From contig LBVV01000009.1 in assembly GCA_000993275.1 (NCBI GenBank), forward strand, positions 2,897-66,896: a DNA stretch of 64,000 nt. The letters are read 5' to 3'. How positions within the stretch are numbered: the stretch's first letter is position 1; each line of letters starts with the position of its first letter. Under the pieces are notes generated by a model. It worked only from the letters and a program-made list of their open reading frames with translations, was not told the DNA's origin and searched no databases. The position numbers were made by a program, and so were the translations under genes. Shown piece after piece: positions 58,743-64,000 of the stretch. This stretch comes from a candidate division CPR2 bacterium GW2011_GWC2_39_10. GTDB taxonomy: Bacteria > Patescibacteriota > CPR2.

Positions 58743-59753
58743 TTAAACGCCCAGCTTGGAAAACCCATATTCAAAGAGATTGATACCGTCGTTCATTCCA
58801 TCATTTGTATCTAAATATATCATCACTATTTTTCTATCATTTTTTTGGGCGACTCCGATTAAAGTATGTCCGGCGCCATAAGTGAATCCCGGTTTCGAGG
58901 CAATCATGTATGGGTAGTTTTTAAGCAGATCGCTGATATGCGCAGTATAATGTTCGTAGTTTAAATTCTCAGTGCCGGAAACAGTATGTTCCCGAATTCC
59001 GGCATAACGAATAACGTCGGGAGTTTTATCCATGGCATATCTAACAATAGTGGCCATGTCGAGCGCCGAAGTATAAAAACCATCCTCATCGAGCCCGGAG
59101 GGGTTTTTGTAGTGAGTGTTAGCAAGACCAAGATCACTAATTTTTTCGTTTAATTTGCTTATAAATGCTTCTCGTCCGCCGGGAAAATTTTCGGCAATAA
59201 CTTCTGCAGCGTCATTTGCCGAAGCTGTCATTAGGCATATAAGCAAATCTTCAAGCCTTATTTCTTCATCGGCTTGAAGATAAGCTTTATTTGGTTCTAT
59301 TGCTGCAGCTGCCTCAGACACCTTTAATCGTTTGTTTAGATCTATGTTTTCGATGGCAACTATAGCCGTCAAGATTTTTGCAATGCTGGCAGGCGGTCTT
59401 TTGGTGTTAATGTCTTTTTCAAAAAGCACATTGCCGGTTGAGTTATCCACCACAATGGCGGACTTGGCGCTTACATAAAGGTTGCTTTCATTGCCCGCTC
59501 CCTGAGAAATTTTCGGGTGATATTTTTGGTTCTGAATCTGTTTCAGCTTGGTAAGATTAACTTGAGCAAGCTCCGTTTTAATTCCCTTAACTTGCGTATT
59601 AGTTTTTTTATGACGATAGGCTAGTGGAATAATTATGACTAAAGCTACTATTGCCGATACAAGGTAAGTCTTTCTGGTAATTCTCATGGTTACCATTTTA
59701 ATGTTATTCTTTAAATTTTTCAAAAGTTTTTTATTTGGGAAATAGGTTGACAC
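58743..59753 (-). CDS. D-alanyl-D-alanine carboxypeptidase (peptidase S11, PBP5-like)
   Basis: N-terminal anchor. SAIVVDNSTGNVLFEKDINTKRPPASIAKILT (SxxK), SANDAA (SxN), and a KPGFT (KTG-like) box. Confidence 0.85.
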   Translation of the reverse strand: MSTYFPNKKLLKNLKNNIKMVTMRITRKTYLVSAIVALVIIIPLAYRHKKTNTQVKGIKTELAQVNLTKLKQIQNQKYHPKISQGAGNESNLYVSAKSAIVVDNSTGNVLFEKDINTKRPPASIAKILTAIVAIENIDLNKRLKVSEAAAAIEPNKAYLQADEEIRLEDLLICLMTASANDAAEVIAENFPGGREAFISKLNEKISDLGLANTHYKNPSGLDEDGFYTSALDMATIVRYAMDKTPDVIRYAGIREHTVSGTENLNYEHYTAHISDLLKNYPYMIASKPGFTYGAGHTLIGVAQKNDRKIVMIYLDTNDGMNDGINLFEYGFSKLGV

Positions 59754-59773
59754 TTTGGAAGGAAGAAAATAAG

Positions 59774-60751
59774 ATGGTTTCGAAAGGTATAAGTATGAAG
59801 CTTTTAGTTGCTATTCCTTGTTTTAATGAAGAAAAAACCATAAGTAAGGTTATCGGTGATGTTCCCAAAAAAATTCAGGGGATTAGTGAAATAAACATAT
59901 TGGTAATGGACGATGGATCTGAGGATGCAAGCGCTATGGTTGCCAAAGAATGCAAGGCGGAAGTCCATTCATTTCCAAAAAATAGAGGGCTTGGATGGGT
60001 TTTTACCAAAAGTGTCAGTGTGGCTCTTTCAAAAAAAGTGGATATTTTGGTAACAATTGATGGCGACGGGCAATTCAAGGCGAAGGATATTTCAAAATTA
60101 ATTAAACCGATTATTGCAAAAGAAGCGGACTTTGTAACCTGTTCCCGTTTTATTGATAAGGACTTAACGCCAAATATGTCGGTTATTAAGCTTTGGGGCA
60201 ACCGTTTTATGTCGAAATTTATAAGCATGCTAATTAAAAGAAAATTTTATGATGTGTCTTGCGGGTTTAGAGCTTATTCTAGAGAGGCTCTGCTTAACGT
60301 TAATCTATTCGGCAAATTTACCTATACCCAGGAAGCATTTCTGGATTTAGCATATAAGGGCATTAGAATAAAAGAAATTCCATTAAAAGTTAGGGCAAAA
60401 CGACAATTTGGTAGGTCAAAAATTTCCGACAATTTGCTTGCTTACGGTTATAAAACTTTAAAAATAATTTTCCGTACGTTAAGAGACTACAAGCCTTTAA
60501 AATTTTTCGGTTCACTGGGACTTATTATTTTTATGATAGGATTCGTTTTTGATTTTTTCCTTTTATATCATTATGTTTTTACCCATTCCCTAAGCCCTTA
60601 TAAGTCATTAGGGTTTATTGGGGGTTTTTTAAATGCTATTGGGCTTGTTATATTGGTCCTTGCCTTAGTGGCTGATATGCTGGAACGAATACGGTTAAAC
60701 CAGGAAAAAATACTTTATTTGCAAAAGAAAAGGGAGTACGAGATTGACTGA
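59774..60751 (+). CDS. Family 2 glycosyltransferase with C-terminal TM helices (polyprenol-phosphate sugar transferase-like)
   Basis: KLLVAIPCFNEEKTISKVI...ILVMDDGSEDAS...TIDGDGQF (DxD), with two C-terminal TM segments. The start could also be ATG 59795. Confidence 0.8.
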   Translation: MVSKGISMKLLVAIPCFNEEKTISKVIGDVPKKIQGISEINILVMDDGSEDASAMVAKECKAEVHSFPKNRGLGWVFTKSVSVALSKKVDILVTIDGDGQFKAKDISKLIKPIIAKEADFVTCSRFIDKDLTPNMSVIKLWGNRFMSKFISMLIKRKFYDVSCGFRAYSREALLNVNLFGKFTYTQEAFLDLAYKGIRIKEIPLKVRAKRQFGRSKISDNLLAYGYKTLKIIFRTLRDYKPLKFFGSLGLIIFMIGFVFDFFLLYHYVFTHSLSPYKSLGFIGGFLNAIGLVILVLALVADMLERIRLNQEKILYLQKKREYEID

Positions 60752-61853
60752 AAAAAACAAAAAAGGTGTGAAGATATTTATTATTTTAGGAACAAAAGCT
60801 CAATTAATAAAAATGGCTCCAATTATGCTGGAGTTTGATAAACAAAAGATACCCTATAAATTCATTTTTACCGGACAGCATAAAGAAACAATAAATAAAT
60901 TAGAGTTGGATTTTAAAATAAGAAAGCCTGATTTTGTTTTATATGACGGTCCGGATATTACAAGTATCTTTAAAATGATTATTTGGGCATGTAAGATTAC
61001 CACAAAAGCTATTCTAAATAAGAAAAAATTTTTTGGAAAAACAAAGAATGGCATAGTGCTTGTTCACGGCGACACATTTTCTACGTTAGTAGGGGCGATT
61101 ATCGGCAAATTGGCCGGCTTCAAAGTTGGACATGTGGAGGCGGGTCTTAGGTCCTTTAATTTGAGAGATCCCTTTCCTGAAGAGCTAATAAGAGTAATAG
61201 TTTTTAGAATGGCAGATTATTTTTTTTGCCCCGGCAATTGGGCGTTAAAAAACCTAAAGAAATATTCTGGAAAAAAAATTAATCTTCATAATAACACTTT
61301 GCAAGATTCTTTAAGTCTGGCGCTAATCTCCGTCAATAATACGAAATCAAATATTCCCGAAGAACCATATTGCGTTTGTTCTATCCATCGTTTTGAAAAT
61401 ATTTTTAATAAAAATAAGTTGAAGGATATTGTCGATAAAATTGAAAAAATCTCGAAGGACTTTCCGGTGGTCTTTATTCTTCATATGCCAACAAAAAAAA
61501 AGTTGAATGAATTTAATCTTTTAGTAAATCTGAAAAGCAATAAAAATATTGAGCTTAGAAATCGATGTGGTTATTTTGACTTTATTAAATTGATAAATAG
61601 CTCCCGGTTTTTAATATCGGACGGCGGGAGTAATCAGGAAGAGACATATTATTTGGGCTTGCCGGTGTTACTATTTAGAAACGCTACTGAAAGAAAAGAA
61701 GGATTAGGAAAAAATGCTTTTTTATCTCATCTAAGTGAAAAAAAGATTAATTACTTTCTAAAAAATATTAATAAGTTTAGGACGAATAAAATTAATATTA
61801 TAGAAAGCCCTTCTTCAATTGCCGTTGAATTTTTAAAAAAGGAATTTGCTTAA
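60744..61853 (+). CDS. UDP-N-acetylglucosamine 2-epimerase (WecB)-like protein
   Basis: IFIILGTKAQLIKMAPI...FTGQH...VLVHGDTFSTLVGAIIGKLAGFKVGHVEAGLRSFNLRDPFPEE matches the epimerase_2 N-terminal pattern. Confidence 0.7.
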   Translation: MTEKNKKGVKIFIILGTKAQLIKMAPIMLEFDKQKIPYKFIFTGQHKETINKLELDFKIRKPDFVLYDGPDITSIFKMIIWACKITTKAILNKKKFFGKTKNGIVLVHGDTFSTLVGAIIGKLAGFKVGHVEAGLRSFNLRDPFPEELIRVIVFRMADYFFCPGNWALKNLKKYSGKKINLHNNTLQDSLSLALISVNNTKSNIPEEPYCVCSIHRFENIFNKNKLKDIVDKIEKISKDFPVVFILHMPTKKKLNEFNLLVNLKSNKNIELRNRCGYFDFIKLINSSRFLISDGGSNQEETYYLGLPVLLFRNATERKEGLGKNAFLSHLSEKKINYFLKNINKFRTNKINIIESPSSIAVEFLKKEFA

Positions 61854-61854
61854 A

Positions 61855-63276
61855 ATGAGCGAATTTAATTACAAAAAATATTGGATTAAAAGGCATAATA
61901 AAATAAAAGACTATTCAAGCGTTGGCATAAAAAGTATAGGAAATAAAGCAAATGAACTTTCTTATAATATTCTCCTAAAAAGATACGAAGCAGTCTTGGA
62001 AAAACTGGAATTAAAAAAAAGTACTACCTTTCTGGATGCTGGTGCCGGAATAGGGATTTTGTCAAGTTTTCTAGCAAAAAATAAATTTGATGTGACAGCA
62101 ATAGATATTTCCACGGAAGCTTTGGATCAAATAAAAAATAAGAGAATTAAGACTCATTGTTCTAAAATTTCAACTTTTAAAAATGGCAATTTTGAGGTTG
62201 TACAGTGCTTCGACGTTTTATATCATATTACCGATGATGGGGAGTGGCAAAAAAGCATTAAAGCTTTGTGCGCGCTTTCAAAGGACTATGTTATTTTGCA
62301 TCAGCGTTTTTTAAAAATAAAGCCGCTTATAAACCCTTCTCATATAAAATTCAGGAGTTATAAAGACATAACTTTAGAGATGCAAAAAAATGGGTTTAGA
62401 GAAGTCTTATCGGTTCCTTCTCATGTGGTTCAGAGAGTCCCTATCTATATTTTGTATAAGATAATGCCGGTTTTCCTCTCAAAAATTGATAATTTTCTAC
62501 TTAAGAATTGGCCTTTTGGCTTGTTAGGCATAAGTTCCCACGAGATAAAAGTTTTTAAACAACAAGGAGAAAAGGAGAAAGAAAAAATATCGGGAGTAAT
62601 TTACAATATAAAATATTTTGAAAAAGAATTTGATGGTCAAAAAAGTAACAATAAACATTATAATAATAAGGCAAAGAATGTCTTGACAATGGTTTTGCCG
62701 ATAAAAAGAGGAGAAAAGATTCTTGATATCGGGACTTGCAGCGGCACCTTTGCCTTTGAGTGCGCAAAACACAAATGCAATGTTATCGGAACGGATCTTT
62801 CTGCTATAGCAATAAAAAAGTGCAATGAAATCAGTAGCAAAAAAAAGATAGAAAATGTAAAGTTTATAGTTTGTTCGGCCGATAAGCAGCCGTTTCAAGA
62901 TGAGCATTTTGATAAAATTATTATGGGGGACATTGCAGAACATTTAAAACCAAAAATTTTTCAAAGAACAATTAAGGAGTGCCATCGCTTATTAAAAAAC
63001 GGCGGAAGCTTGATAATTTATACGCCCAACAAATATCATTTATTTGAATTATTAAAAAAGAATAATTTTTTGCTAAAGAAGGACCCTACCCATATTAATT
63101 TATTGTCCAAAAAAGATATTTGCAAAGTATTAAAAAAGAATGAATTTAAAATTTTAGAGGCATATTTCAGGCCGTCTCATTTGCCGGTTTATGGCGTTTT
63201 GGAGGAGGTTTTAATAAATATTCCTATTTTCGGCAATTTGTTCAGGCGCCGAATATGCATTGTTGCAAAGAAATAA
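61855..63276 (+). CDS. Tandem class I SAM-dependent methyltransferase (two MTase domains)
   Basis: Two motif I copies: FLDAGAGIGILSSFLA and ILDIGTCSGTFAFECA. ATG 61855 is preferred over the TTG at 61846. Confidence 0.75.
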   Translation: MSEFNYKKYWIKRHNKIKDYSSVGIKSIGNKANELSYNILLKRYEAVLEKLELKKSTTFLDAGAGIGILSSFLAKNKFDVTAIDISTEALDQIKNKRIKTHCSKISTFKNGNFEVVQCFDVLYHITDDGEWQKSIKALCALSKDYVILHQRFLKIKPLINPSHIKFRSYKDITLEMQKNGFREVLSVPSHVVQRVPIYILYKIMPVFLSKIDNFLLKNWPFGLLGISSHEIKVFKQQGEKEKEKISGVIYNIKYFEKEFDGQKSNNKHYNNKAKNVLTMVLPIKRGEKILDIGTCSGTFAFECAKHKCNVIGTDLSAIAIKKCNEISSKKKIENVKFIVCSADKQPFQDEHFDKIIMGDIAEHLKPKIFQRTIKECHRLLKNGGSLIIYTPNKYHLFELLKKNNFLLKKDPTHINLLSKKDICKVLKKNEFKILEAYFRPSHLPVYGVLEEVLINIPIFGNLFRRRICIVAKK

Positions 63277-63277
63277 G

Positions 63278-64000
63278 ATGAAAAAAATATCTATAATAAC
63301 ACCAATATATAATGAGTCTAATAATATTGAACATTTTTTATGTTCAATAGAAAAAATTAAATATTCTTATACTAGTTTTGAATTAGTTTTAATAAATGAT
63401 GGTTCCATGGATGAAACTTTAAAAATAATTATTGATTTTAAAAAACAAACAAAAATCGATTTAAAAATAATTAGTTTTAGAAAGAATAGGGGACGAGCTT
63501 ATGCCAGACATATAGGCGCAAAAAAGGCAAAGTATGATTTACTATTTTTTTTGGATTGCAGGTGTGTCGTTTTCCCTGATGCCCTAATAGTATTAAATAG
63601 TATTAAGTATCAGCCACTTTTGGGCGTTGCAATACAAGAAACAGGCGATTTGGTTAGCCGTTTTTTTCATAAAGTAAGAAAAAAAATTTATAAAGATAGT
63701 TTTTCATCTAGTTTTAAAGACTTATATATAAATGAAAGCAATTTCAATCATATTTCAAAAGGGATGGCCACTTTTTTTTGTAATCGAAAATTATTTCTTA
63801 AGTGCCAAATTAAAAATCTGGAGGACAAGGATTCCTCAGATGATACCAAATTGCTACAAAACATTATCCGCAACAAACCAATTTTGAAAACAGCGAAAAT
63901 TAAAGTTACATATTATATGCGGTCTAGTTTGTGGGAAAATTTACTGCACATATATAAAAGAGGTCCAAAGTTTAGTGATTATTATATCAATAATAAGGGG
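63278..64000 (+). CDS. Family 2 glycosyltransferase, N-terminal 241 codons (runs off the window end)
   Basis: Hand translation is open to nt 64000: MKKISIITPIYNESNNIEHFL...LVLINDGSMDETLKII...DLLFFLDCR. Not in the ORF track because no stop is reached. Confidence 0.8.
   Translation, partial: MKKISIITPIYNESNNIEHFLCSIEKIKYSYTSFELVLINDGSMDETLKIIIDFKKQTKIDLKIISFRKNRGRAYARHIGAKKAKYDLLFFLDCRCVVFPDALIVLNSIKYQPLLGVAIQETGDLVSRFFHKVRKKIYKDSFSSSFKDLYINESNFNHISKGMATFFCNRKLFLKCQIKNLEDKDSSDDTKLLQNIIRNKPILKTAKIKVTYYMRSSLWENLLHIYKRGPKFSDYYINNKG

Overview
Low-GC, tightly packed bacterial sequence. The backbone (nt 2-22118) is the str/S10/spc/alpha ribosomal-protein supercluster: fusA-tuf-rpsJ, a 3.8 kb interruption, then rplC through rplO, secY, infA, rpmJ, rpsM, rpsK, rpsD, rpoA, rplQ, rplM, rpsI. 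There is no rpmD (L30) between rpsE and rplO and no adk/map after secY. Together with K/E-rich protein tails and swarms of short hairpin repeats, this suggests (inference) a Candidate Phyla Radiation / Patescibacteria genome. The 22-37 kb stretch mixes orphan membrane proteins with housekeeping genes: a CdaA membrane-domain remnant plus CdaR, an RCK channel with a degenerate filter, DksA-like, RluD-like, HolB, PSP1/RicT, tRNAs Thr-Tyr-Thr, rpmG, tRNA-Trp and an ABC-2 transporter. The 37-59 kb stretch is an accessory island of secreted or surface proteins: two DUF916/DUF3324-like anchors, two WxL-like proteins, three cohesin-like proteins, one dockerin protein and Ig/FN3-like proteins. This island encloses an aberrant F-type ATPase operon with no a subunit, a c subunit lacking the membrane carboxylate, and a beta gene broken by a short deletion. 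The window ends with envelope and glycan genes (S11 carboxypeptidase, GT2, WecB-like, tandem methyltransferase, GT2). At least three genes are frame-disrupted; reads are needed to separate decay from assembly error. I recognised no rRNA, CRISPR array, transposase, integrase or reverse transcriptase. All family assignments come from reading motifs by eye; no searches were run.
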